A stretch of 64,000 nt of DNA from Candidatus Aenigmatarchaeota archaeon (GTDB taxonomy: Archaea > Aenigmatarchaeota > Aenigmatarchaeia > QMZP01 > QMZT01). This document shows positions 1 to 9,170 of this stretch, piece by piece. The DNA lies in the NCBI GenBank assembly GCA_963726265.1, contig CAVSBQ010000002.1, forward strand, positions 1,030,533 to 1,094,532, given 5' to 3'. How positions within the stretch are numbered: position 1 is the first letter of the stretch; each line of letters starts with the position of its first letter. The position numbers were made by a program, and so were the translations under genes. Below the pieces are notes generated by a model that made no database searches, was not told where the DNA came from, and saw only the letters and a list, made by a program, of their open reading frames with translations.

Positions 1-2
1 GG

Positions 3-218
3 TTAGTAATAGAAGATGGATTTATGTCAGGTGGTGCCGACTTAGAATATGGAAAACAGATTGCAATTGATTTTAATGGTATAGCCGGTCAAAATGGAGC
101 ATCAACAGTTCTCGCAATTATTGGCAGTGGTGGCAAGGCTTCTGTAGCCAGAACTGTGTGGTTCAATGATTCTAAGCTTCCAGGATTCCTTACGGAACTC
201 GACAATGCAATTAAATAA
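3..218 (+). CDS. 3' end of a hypothetical protein truncated by the window edge
   Basis: Frame is open from position 3 through ATG 24 to TAA 218; no family recognised. Confidence 0.5.
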   Translation, partial: LVIEDGFMSGGADLEYGKQIAIDFNGIAGQNGASTVLAIIGSGGKASVARTVWFNDSKLPGFLTELDNAIK

Positions 219-253
219 TTTACACAAAACTTTAAAGAAAAATTTATGACATT

Positions 254-970
254 TCATTTTCCCAGGAACCAGAACAATTTCTTCTGCTTGTTTTCTCCCA
301 GCATCTCCCTGGTCGTGTCCCAGGTGAAACGAACGAGACCCTTTTCCGGGAACTTCTTGTATTTTCCCAGGTAGTCTTTCATCGAAGCGATGGTTCGCTC
401 GTCGGAAGGGTAGCCCGTCCCGTCGATGCCGTATTTCTTGCCCAGTTCGGCCATCTCCCTGTCGCGCTCGACTTTCGCGAGTATCGATGCGGCTGAAACG
501 ACGGCGTATGTGCTGTCCGCGTGGTTCTCGACCACGAGATCCGTTTCGTTCTTCAGCATCTTCCGCATCACCCTCGAGAACTTCTCCACGTTGACCTCAG
601 GGCCATCGACGTAAGTTTTGCCCGCGCCGAGGCAGTCGATTACGGTGCACATCTTCATCGCTTCCACGCGGTTGAGGTTGACGCCCTGCCTGCTGTACTC
701 GTCGATTTTGCAGGGACCGACCTTGAGGATGACGATGTCCTTGGCGATTTTTTCTATCTGCTTCGCGAGCTTCTCCCTCTGCGACGGCGACAACTCTTTA
801 GAATCGCGTACGCCGAGCCTTTTCAGTTTAGCGACGTCCTTCTCGATGAACGACGCGCCGGCGATAACGAGCGGCCCGATCACCGCGCCGCGGCCCGCCT
901 CGTCGACGCCGCAGACCACAAGCCCGATGCCAGGCTTTTTCTCCGCTGCGCCTGTTTTTGGTTTTTCCAT
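254..970 (-). CDS. rnhB: Ribonuclease HII
   Basis: GVDEAGRG..GPLV, DSKEL and SAASILAKVERD motifs. Confidence 0.97.
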   Translation of the reverse strand: MEKPKTGAAEKKPGIGLVVCGVDEAGRGAVIGPLVIAGASFIEKDVAKLKRLGVRDSKELSPSQREKLAKQIEKIAKDIVILKVGPCKIDEYSRQGVNLNRVEAMKMCTVIDCLGAGKTYVDGPEVNVEKFSRVMRKMLKNETDLVVENHADSTYAVVSAASILAKVERDREMAELGKKYGIDGTGYPSDERTIASMKDYLGKYKKFPEKGLVRFTWDTTREMLGENKQKKLFWFLGK

Positions 971-1032
971 GAAAACGCCTTTATCATTTCTTGTATTGCA
1001 AAAATAAATACTGATGGAGGGAAAGGATAATA

Positions 1033-1629
1033 ATGGATGTCGTATCTCTTCTCAGTTCGGAATTCTTCGGCCTTCTGGTAATACCGGCTTTCATCTTTCT
1101 CTCCAGGATACTCGACGTTTCAATGGGGACGATAAGGATAATCTTCATTTCGAGGGGCATGAAATTACTGTCGGCCTCCATCGGCTTCTTCGAGATGCTC
1201 GTGTGGCTTTTCGCCATAAGCCGCATAATGCTTGAGATGACGAACCCTCTCAACTACATAGCCTATGCCGGCGGCTTCGCCGTGGGAACGTTCGTCGGCA
1301 TGCTGATAGAGGAAATCCTGGCCATGGGTTACCTGAGCGTCATAATAACCACCAGCAAGGACACCGCAGAGATGGTCGGCAAGCTGGATCTTGCCGGCTA
1401 CAAATTGACGGTCATTGACACACAAGGCGGCACAAAGGACAGGAAGATGATATTCGCGATATTAAAGAGGGACAAGCTCAGGAACATTATCAATATAATC
1501 AAGGAAGTCGACCCCAGCGTGTTCTACGCGGTCGAGAACATCCGCGACATGCACGAGATACACCTGCCTCCGGACTTCAGCGCAAGGAAGCGCTCGCTGC
1601 TCATGAAGTTCAGGAGAAAGGCGGCGTGA
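1033..1629 (+). CDS. DUF2179/DUF5698 (UPF0316-like) membrane protein
   Basis: FLSRILDVSMGTIRII, IGFFEMLVWL and YAGGFAVGTFVG transmembrane region followed by a C-terminal PII/ACT-like domain. Confidence 0.85.
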   Translation: MDVVSLLSSEFFGLLVIPAFIFLSRILDVSMGTIRIIFISRGMKLLSASIGFFEMLVWLFAISRIMLEMTNPLNYIAYAGGFAVGTFVGMLIEEILAMGYLSVIITTSKDTAEMVGKLDLAGYKLTVIDTQGGTKDRKMIFAILKRDKLRNIINIIKEVDPSVFYAVENIRDMHEIHLPPDFSARKRSLLMKFRRKAA

Positions 1630-1655
1630 TGCGGCGTCGGGCCGATGGTCCGCTA

Positions 1656-1862
1656 TCAGAGCCTGTAGTTCATTTTTCCGAACAAGTCGGTTTTTTTTGA
1701 AACGTAATATTCATTTCCGTCATTGCCAATAAAAGAAAGCCATTCCAGTCCGTTATCCTCGATGACGCCGGTGACGCAGTAAATCTTGCCCCTTGTCACA
1801 GTAAAAATCGGCGAATCCCTCAGCGCAATTACGTCATCCCCCGTCTTTACATCCAGACCCAT
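1656..1862 (-). CDS. Small hypothetical protein (68 aa, beta-rich)
   Basis: The track ORF's 5' part overlaps the 1940 gene; ATG 1862 (MGLDVKTGDD...) gives a compact AT-rich ORF. Confidence 0.55.
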   Translation of the reverse strand: MGLDVKTGDDVIALRDSPIFTVTRGKIYCVTGVIEDNGLEWLSFIGNDGNEYYVSKKTDLFGKMNYRL

Positions 1863-1939
1863 TTTACATTCTTGGCAAAAAGTTTTTAATGCTTGCCGCC
1901 GCGGGAGGCTCATCAAAAAGTCGCATGCTAATCGTGCCG

Positions 1940-3385
1940 TCACTCGATGAACATGGGGCCGCCGTGGCCTTCTTCCACGCGCTTCTCGAGCTCTTCGAGC
2001 CTGCGCTTCAGCTCCTCGATGGTCGGGATCTCGCTGACCTTGCCCCATTCGCGCTTCTCCACGGTCCCGATTTCCCTCTTGACCTTCTCGATGTCACTCG
2101 CCACGTTCGTGATGTGGTCCTCGTTGCGGACTACCGCTTTCTTTATGTCGTTCATGTCCTTGTAGAGGTCGCCCGTTATGAGCTTCCCGTCCGTCTTCAG
2201 CCGCTTCTCGAGGAAGCCCTTCTCCACGTCGTCCTTGGTAAGGAACCCGTCCATCCTGGAAATTATGATGTCTATTTCCTTGCGCAGGCCTTCGGTTTCA
2301 GGCGCGGCCTTCGCCCCCTTCGCCTGGGCGAATTCGGGCAGCTTTATCGGCCTGAGATCCGCCATCTTCTCAAGCCTTCTGGAAAGCGTTTCGACCCTCA
2401 GCTCCATCTGGCTCATGCGCTTCTTCGCCTCGGCGTCCTGCGGCATGACTATCCTGGCGCCCGGCTTCCTGGTGAGCAGCGTCTTCTTCACGTCCTCCAT
2501 GAACTTCCTGTTTTCGCCCATCTCCTGCTTCATGCCTTCGATGCTCGTCTCCTCGCCCGAGATGAGCGCCTTCAGCCTTTCGATGCTGGCTCTGTTCGCT
2601 TCCATCGCTTTCTTCATTTCATCGGCGCTCTTCGGCCCGAACCTGACGTTGAGGTCGTCGAGCTTGGTGAACAGCTCGCGCCTGAGGTGGTCTATGTCGT
2701 CTTTCGGGGCCGGCCCGCTAAGTTTCTCGGTTTTCAGCCTCCTGACGTCATCCTCGAGCTTCGTGACCTCTTCATGCAGCCCGTCTATGTTCATGTGGGC
2801 CTCGGCAGGGAAGCTGAACTTCGAGTTCTCCATCTTGACTTTCAGCTCCTCCACGAGCCTCCTGTTCTCGCCTATCATCCTTTTCAGCGAGTCGATGTCG
2901 GGCACGGCGCCTTTCGGCCTGCCCGCAAGCATGCGCTTGAGATTCTCGACGGCGTTCCTGTTCTCGTCTATCGCCGCCCTGAGGTCCGCGAGGTCGATCG
3001 AGGGGGATTTCTTCATGTCCTTCCTTATCTGCTCTATGTCCCTCTTTATCTCTTCTATCTCTCCGCTGTCATCAGGCCTGCCGGCAGGCGCGTCGCCCGC
3101 GGATTTCGCCCCCATCAGCTTGTCCCTTATGAACCTGACCTCGTCCACGGTCTGCTTCCACCTCTTGAACATGTCCACGTCCTTGGAGAGGTGCTGCAGC
3201 TGTATTATACGGTCCTCGTCTTCCGCCGAGACGGGTGCCTGGGAAGAAGTAAGCCTGATCTTGTCTATCTCGTTCTTGAGGTTGATTATGTCGAGCTGCA
3301 CGAGGTTCTGCAGGTCCTCCAGGGTCGACATCTTGCCAAGAAGCTCCCTGAGTTTGCCCTCGGAGTCCGCATCGTTGCCGGCCAT
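1940..3385 (-). CDS. Long coiled-coil protein with internal ENR-type repeats
   Basis: About 480 aa of heptad-rich E/K/L/M sequence with host-like codon usage. Confidence 0.85.
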   Translation of the reverse strand: MAGNDADSEGKLRELLGKMSTLEDLQNLVQLDIINLKNEIDKIRLTSSQAPVSAEDEDRIIQLQHLSKDVDMFKRWKQTVDEVRFIRDKLMGAKSAGDAPAGRPDDSGEIEEIKRDIEQIRKDMKKSPSIDLADLRAAIDENRNAVENLKRMLAGRPKGAVPDIDSLKRMIGENRRLVEELKVKMENSKFSFPAEAHMNIDGLHEEVTKLEDDVRRLKTEKLSGPAPKDDIDHLRRELFTKLDDLNVRFGPKSADEMKKAMEANRASIERLKALISGEETSIEGMKQEMGENRKFMEDVKKTLLTRKPGARIVMPQDAEAKKRMSQMELRVETLSRRLEKMADLRPIKLPEFAQAKGAKAAPETEGLRKEIDIIISRMDGFLTKDDVEKGFLEKRLKTDGKLITGDLYKDMNDIKKAVVRNEDHITNVASDIEKVKREIGTVEKREWGKVSEIPTIEELKRRLEELEKRVEEGHGGPMFIE

Positions 3386-3485
3386 TTCGTTCACAATAGA
3401 ATATTGTAGGACTTAATATAAATTATAGATTAGAGGAGCCCTGCCGCGAAGCCGCTCCATTTTCTGCCCGCCCGAATGCGTTGCC

Positions 3486-3989
3486 TCAGAGCTCGACTGA
3501 AGGCGAGACTCTCGGGCAGACTTCGTTTATGACCTTGACCTTCGCGAGGGACCATGTGTCGTTTATCGAGGTCACATCCGCATCCAGTATCCAGTCATAG
3601 CCCGGCTTCAGCGGGTTGGCCTTGGTCCGCTGAGTTTCGCCGGTTATGTTGACCTCGGGATAGATTATCAGCCTGGTGCCTGTGGAAGTAGTCATGGTCA
3701 GCTCCAGCGAGAAGTTGTAGAGGTTCTGCGAGCCGGTGTTTATTATCTTCACGCTCATGGTCCCGTTCGTGCCGCTGAAGTTCCAGACCGCGCCGGAGCT
3801 GCCGTAGTCGCTGTCGAAGCCGTATGCGGTCTGCCTGCAGACGATGTCCTGGTTCGCCCCGGTGGTGGCGCCTTCCGACGTCTCGGTCGCCAGCTTCATG
3901 GCCCACGGCCCCACCACCGCGGCCATGAGCACCACTATCGCTATGAGCATGATGGTGGAAATAATCTGCGATGCGCCTTTCCTTTCCAT
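3486..3989 (-). CDS. Archaeal type IV pilin-like protein (class III signal peptide)
   Basis: MERKG/ASQIISTIMLIAIVVLMAAVV: basic leader, G-A cleavage site, hydrophobic helix. Confidence 0.88.
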   Translation of the reverse strand: MERKGASQIISTIMLIAIVVLMAAVVGPWAMKLATETSEGATTGANQDIVCRQTAYGFDSDYGSSGAVWNFSGTNGTMSVKIINTGSQNLYNFSLELTMTTSTGTRLIIYPEVNITGETQRTKANPLKPGYDWILDADVTSINDTWSLAKVKVINEVCPRVSPSVEL

Positions 3990-4035
3990 GGCATCCGCCA
4001 TTTTACACCCCGTTTCGCTCATCCCGCCAGTCATC

Positions 4036-4746
4036 TCAACCACCCTTTATGATTATAAAATCCTCGCCGGATTCGAGAATGAATTTTATCTCATACGTCA
4101 GGCCGTAATCGGACTCCATGTGCGCCGTGACCTCGCCGAACGGCAGGTAATAGCCCGAGCGCGTGAGCTTCGTGTAGCCGCTGCCCACGGACGACGTCGC
4201 GTCCTCGTCCAGCGTTATATCCAGGTATTCCAGCGGGAGCGTCTGGTTGAGGTCCTTCTGGTAGACAGACAGCAGCACGTCGGAGATGTTGTAGCGCGTG
4301 TTGTTGCCCTCGGAGCCAATCCTTTTAAGACATGCCTTGATGTGCTCGTTCTCGAGGATGAACGCGTCCTGGCCGCGGCAGTCGCTCTCGTAGGCCTTGG
4401 TGTCGAGGTTGGAGCCGAAGAGCACGTTGCCGAAAGCCTGGAGCGTCCTCGGCGACATCACGGGGGACGCGCATTCGTATTCCCAGTATATTGCGTCTTC
4501 ATCGCCCTCCACGTGGATTTCGCCTTCTTCAACGTTCAGGTCTATGGTCCTTTTCGAGCCCTCGCCCTGCGAGGCGACTTTCTGCGTGAGCTCGTCCATT
4601 TTCACGAAGGAAGACTTCATCTTGTCCATGACGATGGAGCACTGCACCTTCTGTATGGTCGGCAGGGCTATCCAGTATACTATCGCGGTCGCGGCTATCA
4701 GGAAAGCCATGAACAGAACGCCAGAAATCAAGCTCAAGCCCTTCAT
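4036..4746 (-). CDS. Type IV pilin-like / minor pilin
   Basis: MKG/LSLISGVLFMAFLIAATAIVY class III-like leader. Confidence 0.8.
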   Translation of the reverse strand: MKGLSLISGVLFMAFLIAATAIVYWIALPTIQKVQCSIVMDKMKSSFVKMDELTQKVASQGEGSKRTIDLNVEEGEIHVEGDEDAIYWEYECASPVMSPRTLQAFGNVLFGSNLDTKAYESDCRGQDAFILENEHIKACLKRIGSEGNNTRYNISDVLLSVYQKDLNQTLPLEYLDITLDEDATSSVGSGYTKLTRSGYYLPFGEVTAHMESDYGLTYEIKFILESGEDFIIIKGG

Positions 4747-5321
4747 GCCTTTATCTCCCCGGCCGCCTTGTTTCCCCCGTCGCTGATCTCGAGAAGCACC
4801 CAGAGGTTCGCCTTGAATTTCTCTAATAATAGATTCTTTTCGGTCGTATTAAAGTTTGCGCGGAGCTCGAATTCGGATGGCGGCGAAGCGAAGAGCGTGG
4901 AGTTTACCGCGCCGGAGCCGACGTAAAGATTCTTCACTTCGCCTGAGACGTTCAGGGTGATTTCGGCCGGATAGCCGAGGAAGTTGCCGGCGGTTACGTT
5001 GAGGTCGTCGCTCACGTTCTGCGTTATTATCCAGAGCACTTTGAGTTCAGCGTTCCTCTGGCCGGTCAGGTTCACGGCAAGGCCGGTGAAATTCGCGAGC
5101 ACCTGCGACGGCGACGAAGAATTCATGCCGAAGTTGAAGGCCCTGGGATATTCCGCCAGTATGTTTTCGGACAGGTCGGATATCTGGTGGCCGCCCTGGA
5201 CGGAATGCGACGGGGAGAAATAAAGCGATATGCCGACGTAGAACATCATGATGAGGAGGAACGCGCCTATAAGGAAGAACTGCCCCTTCATCTCTCCATG
5301 TTTTCTTGTTGCCCTGTTCAT
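4743..5321 (-). CDS. Pilin-like protein (class III signal peptide)
   Basis: MKG/QFFLIGAFLLIMMF. Confidence 0.78.
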   Translation of the reverse strand: MNRATRKHGEMKGQFFLIGAFLLIMMFYVGISLYFSPSHSVQGGHQISDLSENILAEYPRAFNFGMNSSSPSQVLANFTGLAVNLTGQRNAELKVLWIITQNVSDDLNVTAGNFLGYPAEITLNVSGEVKNLYVGSGAVNSTLFASPPSEFELRANFNTTEKNLLLEKFKANLWVLLEISDGGNKAAGEIKA

Positions 5322-5322
5322 G

Positions 5323-5712
5323 TCACCACCAGACGTAAAGCTTGACCTCGAGCGGCGCGTAGGTTTCGCTGCCCGCTATGACGTAACCCGAGACCACGAT
5401 GTTGTCCGAGGACGGGTATTCACCCGTGCACGCTCCGCCCAGGCTGCATATCTGCACTGAGTGGTTGTATGCGGGCATCTGGACGCCGGAGTTTATGGCG
5501 GCGTAATTGCCTGCGGCCGCGTAGGGCCTGAGAACGCCCCTGCTGTCCATCTCCTTAAGCAGCTGGTAGCCCGCCTCGGTCAGGCCGTTCTCGTCGGGCG
5601 CCGTGAAATAGACGCTGCCGGCTGACGCGAGGAAGAGCATGATTAACAGCACTGCAATGACGCTCTCAACCATCCTCCACATGCCTTTCATGTTTTGCAT
5701 ATTCATCCCCAT
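5323..5712 (-). CDS. Pilin-like protein (class III signal peptide)
   Basis: MKG/MWRMVESVIAVLLIMLF, with E at the pilin-like position. Confidence 0.75.
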   Translation of the reverse strand: MGMNMQNMKGMWRMVESVIAVLLIMLFLASAGSVYFTAPDENGLTEAGYQLLKEMDSRGVLRPYAAAGNYAAINSGVQMPAYNHSVQICSLGGACTGEYPSSDNIVVSGYVIAGSETYAPLEVKLYVWW

Positions 5713-6383
5713 ACCGCGACCGTTATGTTCGCGTTCTCCGACGTCTCGAATAGCCTCGTTTCCGTCGTCTTTGAATAAACGTTAACCGCGCCTGAGGGCG
5801 GCGTCCTGCCGTAGCTCACATTCCCTGAAGCCGCCTGCAGCACCAGCCTGAAATGCATGTTAATGCCGAGCGCCTCCCTGAACTGCTCGTAGCTCGTGTT
5901 GGCCAGCTCGTATATTTTCGTGAGCGATGCCATTGCCTTTTTCTCGAAGGCCCACGGCACCGCGAGCTCCGAAGACGTTATGGCGAAAGTCCCGGTGCAG
6001 TTCAGCGTCGAGTTGACGTCCGCAGTGCGTATCCTGAAAACATTGAAGCCCTGCGCGAGGTCAGCCTGCCAGTAGACATCGTCGCCGTCTAATCTGCACG
6101 GCAGCGCAGTTTCGTTCGAAAGGACACGAGTCGAATTCCTCTCGCCCGAATACAGGAACGCCTTCGCCTTCAGTACGGCATCCGAAAGCGAAGCGCTGGA
6201 ATTGTATTTCACGGGCGCTTCATAGACGCCGACCGAAACGAAAGCGATTATGTTTTCCCTCTGGGTTTCGGCCGCCACCTCGAAATTCGCGCCGTTTCCG
6301 CTGACGAGCGCGAAGTAATACGAGAAGCCGAACGCGGCAAAAACCATGAACAGCGATATGCCCACGATCCAGTCTATGTCCAT
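5703..6383 (-). CDS. Pilin-cluster accessory protein, N-terminally membrane anchored
   Basis: Start reassigned to MDIDWIVGISLFMVFAAFGF; first gene of the tightly coupled cluster. Confidence 0.7.
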   Translation of the reverse strand: MDIDWIVGISLFMVFAAFGFSYYFALVSGNGANFEVAAETQRENIIAFVSVGVYEAPVKYNSSASLSDAVLKAKAFLYSGERNSTRVLSNETALPCRLDGDDVYWQADLAQGFNVFRIRTADVNSTLNCTGTFAITSSELAVPWAFEKKAMASLTKIYELANTSYEQFREALGINMHFRLVLQAASGNVSYGRTPPSGAVNVYSKTTETRLFETSENANITVAVWG

Positions 6384-6589
6384 GCTTAATAGATGGGCGA
6401 GCCCGAATAAAAACAATCCGGGAAATTTGCGGATTTTTATTTCGCATGCGGGAAGCGCTGAAAATGCCGCCATGCCATCACCGCCGAGCGGTTTTGGCCA
6501 TAAACATTTAAATACTCGCTACATAATTTAATTAGAAAACAAACATACGGAAACGAAATTTAAGAAAATTTTAAAATGGAGGTGTCGGG

Positions 6590-6877
6590 ATGGCTGCAAG
6601 AAAGAAATATTACATTCTGAAGAAAGGCAGTAAACTTTCAGTGTTTACAGGAAGGTCGCCAAGGCAGGCGGCTTTGAAAGCAGCTGCGAGGGGAATAGCT
6701 GACATCCGGCTCAGGGAGAGGGGAAGAAGGAACAAGGACAGGACATACACCATACACGTCTTCAAGGGAAGCGTGAGGGTTGTGGACGCCCCTGAGAAGA
6801 GACCCGAGTGGCTGCCGGCAAGAATCAAGAAGGCCTTTGTGAAGAAAGTCGGCATAGAAAAGGTCAACAGAATCTGA
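6590..6877 (+). CDS. mc1: Non-histone chromosomal protein MC1 homolog
   Basis: VFTGRSPRQAALKAAARG, IRLRERG, HVFKG, DAPEKRPEWLP and FVKKVGIEK match the MC1 pattern (VFTGKQPRQAALKAA...IRLRERG...RPAWMP...FVKK). Confidence 0.92.
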   Translation: MAARKKYYILKKGSKLSVFTGRSPRQAALKAAARGIADIRLRERGRRNKDRTYTIHVFKGSVRVVDAPEKRPEWLPARIKKAFVKKVGIEKVNRI

Positions 6878-6896
6878 TCGCAAAGCTTTGAATTTC

Positions 6897-6932
6897 AGGC
6901 CTGTTATTTTTACAGGCCTTCATTTTTCTTTT
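6897..6932 (+). terminator. Hairpin plus T-tract between convergent mc1 and ugd
   Basis: AGGCCTGT-7nt-ACAGGCCT followed by a T-rich run. Confidence 0.55.
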
Positions 6933-7001
6933 ATCACGTTTTCTGAAAACACAATAAACTACATCTGAAAAACTGGAATTAACTGAAACAGAATTCAGGT
7001 T

Positions 7002-8294
7002 TCACCAGCAGAGGCCGTCGAACTTCGTGACCTTCGTCCTGTCGAGAATTCTTCTGCCTTCCAGAATTATTTTTCCCTTCATCCTGGCGAAATCCCTGTC
7101 CGAAAGGCGTTTGAACTCGTTCCACTCGGTCGCGACAACGCACGCGTCGCTTCCGCTGAGCGCGTCCTGCGCGCTCTTCGCATATTCGATGTCCGGGAAA
7201 ACGCGTCTCATGTTTTCCGCCGCCATCGGGTCATATGCTTTGACTTTCGCCCCCTTCCTGAGCAGTTCACTGATTATCGAGATGGATGAAGCCTCGCGGA
7301 TGTCGTCTGAGTCGGGCTTGAACGCCAGGCCGAGCACGCAGACGGTCTTGTTTTTCAGGCTGCCCATTTTGCTTTCAAGCTGCTCCACAAGCCTGACCTT
7401 CTGCTTCTTGTTTAGATCATGAACCTCTTCCAGAAGTTTCGGCTCGTAACCAAGTTCGTTCGCTTTCGCTATCAGCGCTTCCACGTCCTTCGGGAAGCAC
7501 GAGCCGCCGTAACCAGCGCCTGCGTTGAGGAAATGGGGCGAAATCCTTTTATCAAGGCCGACGCCCTTCATGACATCGTAAACATCAATCCCCAGTTTTT
7601 TGCAGATGTTGCCTATCTCGTTCGCGAACGAAATCTTAGTCGCGAGGAACGCGTTGCTCGCGTATTTTATCATCTCCGCGGTCTTTATGTCCGTCCTCAG
7701 GCGCGGAGCCTTGAAATTGGCGTAGAGTTTTTCCGCCACGTCTCCGGACCTCTTGTCGAGCGAGCCGATGACGATTCTGTCGGGGTTCAGGAAATCCTCG
7801 ATAGCCTTCCCCTCTTTCAGGAACTCCGGGTTCATGCAGAGGCCGAAATCCTTCCCGGCCTTCTTGCCCGACGCCCTCTCGATGTTTTTCAGCACGACGT
7901 CTTCGGTCGTGCCGGGCACGACGGTTGATTTGACGACAATAACATGATAAGCTTTCTTCCTTCGCAAAACCTCGCCTATCTGGCGGCTGGCCGACTCGAC
8001 GTATTTCAGGTCGATGGAGCCGTCCTCCCTCGAAGGCGTGCCGACGGAGATGAAGCTTATTTCGGTCTTCTCCACCGCGCCGGCGAAATCGATGGTCGCA
8101 ACGAGCTTTTTGTTTTTGAGGACCTTTTTCAGGTAGTCTTCCAGCAGCGGCTCGTAGATTGGCGATACCCCTCGGTTTATCTGCTCCACCTTGCGCTGGT
8201 CAATGTCGACGCAGATGACTTCGTTGCCTTTGACCGCGAAGCCAACGCCCGTCGAAAGCCCGACATACCCGGTCCCTATCATAGATATTTTCAT
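7002..8294 (-). CDS. ugd: UDP-glucose/GDP-mannose 6-dehydrogenase
   Basis: IGTGYVGL, NPEFLKEG, KYASNAFLATKISFANE, GYGGSCFPKD and GLAFKPDSDDIRE motifs. Confidence 0.96.
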   Translation of the reverse strand: MKISMIGTGYVGLSTGVGFAVKGNEVICVDIDQRKVEQINRGVSPIYEPLLEDYLKKVLKNKKLVATIDFAGAVEKTEISFISVGTPSREDGSIDLKYVESASRQIGEVLRRKKAYHVIVVKSTVVPGTTEDVVLKNIERASGKKAGKDFGLCMNPEFLKEGKAIEDFLNPDRIVIGSLDKRSGDVAEKLYANFKAPRLRTDIKTAEMIKYASNAFLATKISFANEIGNICKKLGIDVYDVMKGVGLDKRISPHFLNAGAGYGGSCFPKDVEALIAKANELGYEPKLLEEVHDLNKKQKVRLVEQLESKMGSLKNKTVCVLGLAFKPDSDDIREASSISIISELLRKGAKVKAYDPMAAENMRRVFPDIEYAKSAQDALSGSDACVVATEWNEFKRLSDRDFARMKGKIILEGRRILDRTKVTKFDGLCW

Positions 8295-8338
8295 AGGAAT
8301 CAAATCAGTCAAATTTATCCCGTTCTGTTTTCAGCCGT

Positions 8339-9160
8339 TCACCCGAAAATCTCCCTGTATTCAGGCACGACGTCCTCCGAGAACTTCACTATCCCCTCGA
8401 AGGTCTTCGGATGCTTTATCATGTCTTCCAGGACTTCGAAGGGCACGGTAGCGATGTCCGCGCCTATCTCGGCGACCTCCCTGACTTGCCTCGCGTTCCT
8501 TAGCGAGGCCGCGATGATTCTCGTGCGTATGCCGTATTTGTCGAATATGGCCTTCGTCTTCTTCACCAGTTCGACTCCGCTGGTTATGCCCCTGTCCTCC
8601 GCGAGCTTCCCGTCCTTGTGCTTCCCTCCTGCGGGGAAGTAGTCGGCCTTGCCGAACTCCTCGCCGAGGTTCTTGCGGATGAAGTCGTCTATCCTGCCCG
8701 CGAACGGGCTTACATATTTAGCGCCAGCCTTGCCCGCCAGGAGCGCCTGCTCGGGTGTCATGACCAGCGTGGCGTTCACGGGGATTTTCTTTTTGCTCAG
8801 GGCGGTTATCGCCTTCAGGCCCTCGTAATGCGCCTCGCCTTCGTGGCGAGAAGTGCTCACGGGGATCTTTATGACGACGTTGCCCGCGACCTGGTTGAAC
8901 TTCCTGTAAAGCAGCTCCGCTTCCCTGACCATGTCTTCCGCTTTCAAACTCACCACTTCCAGGCTGACGGGATTCCCCCTGCCAGCGGTCTCGCATAGCA
9001 TCTTTATGTAGCCTTCCATGTCTATCTGCTTCCCTTCGCCTTTCATGCCAGCGACCGCCTTCTTGATGAGCGAAGGGTTCGTGGTCACGCCGTCGCACAC
9101 GCCGTATTCCTTCGCCTTGCGTATCTCGTTGATATCCGCCGAATCGACATATATTTCCAT
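8339..9160 (-). CDS. tal: Transaldolase / fructose-6-phosphate aldolase family
   Basis: DGVTTNPSLI, NVVIKIP (Schiff-base Lys), NATLV, YVSPFAGRIDD and IAASLRNARQV motifs. Confidence 0.94.
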   Translation of the reverse strand: MEIYVDSADINEIRKAKEYGVCDGVTTNPSLIKKAVAGMKGEGKQIDMEGYIKMLCETAGRGNPVSLEVVSLKAEDMVREAELLYRKFNQVAGNVVIKIPVSTSRHEGEAHYEGLKAITALSKKKIPVNATLVMTPEQALLAGKAGAKYVSPFAGRIDDFIRKNLGEEFGKADYFPAGGKHKDGKLAEDRGITSGVELVKKTKAIFDKYGIRTRIIAASLRNARQVREVAEIGADIATVPFEVLEDMIKHPKTFEGIVKFSEDVVPEYREIFG

Positions 9161-9170
9161 AACATCACCT

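Noticed and set aside
1889-3416. Long plus-strand ORFs (506 and 412 aa), and similar antisense ORFs over secY, cdc48, cysS and rfcL
   Set aside because: Shadow frames from the strongly C/G-ending codon bias of the real opposite-strand genes; they have no recognisable motifs.
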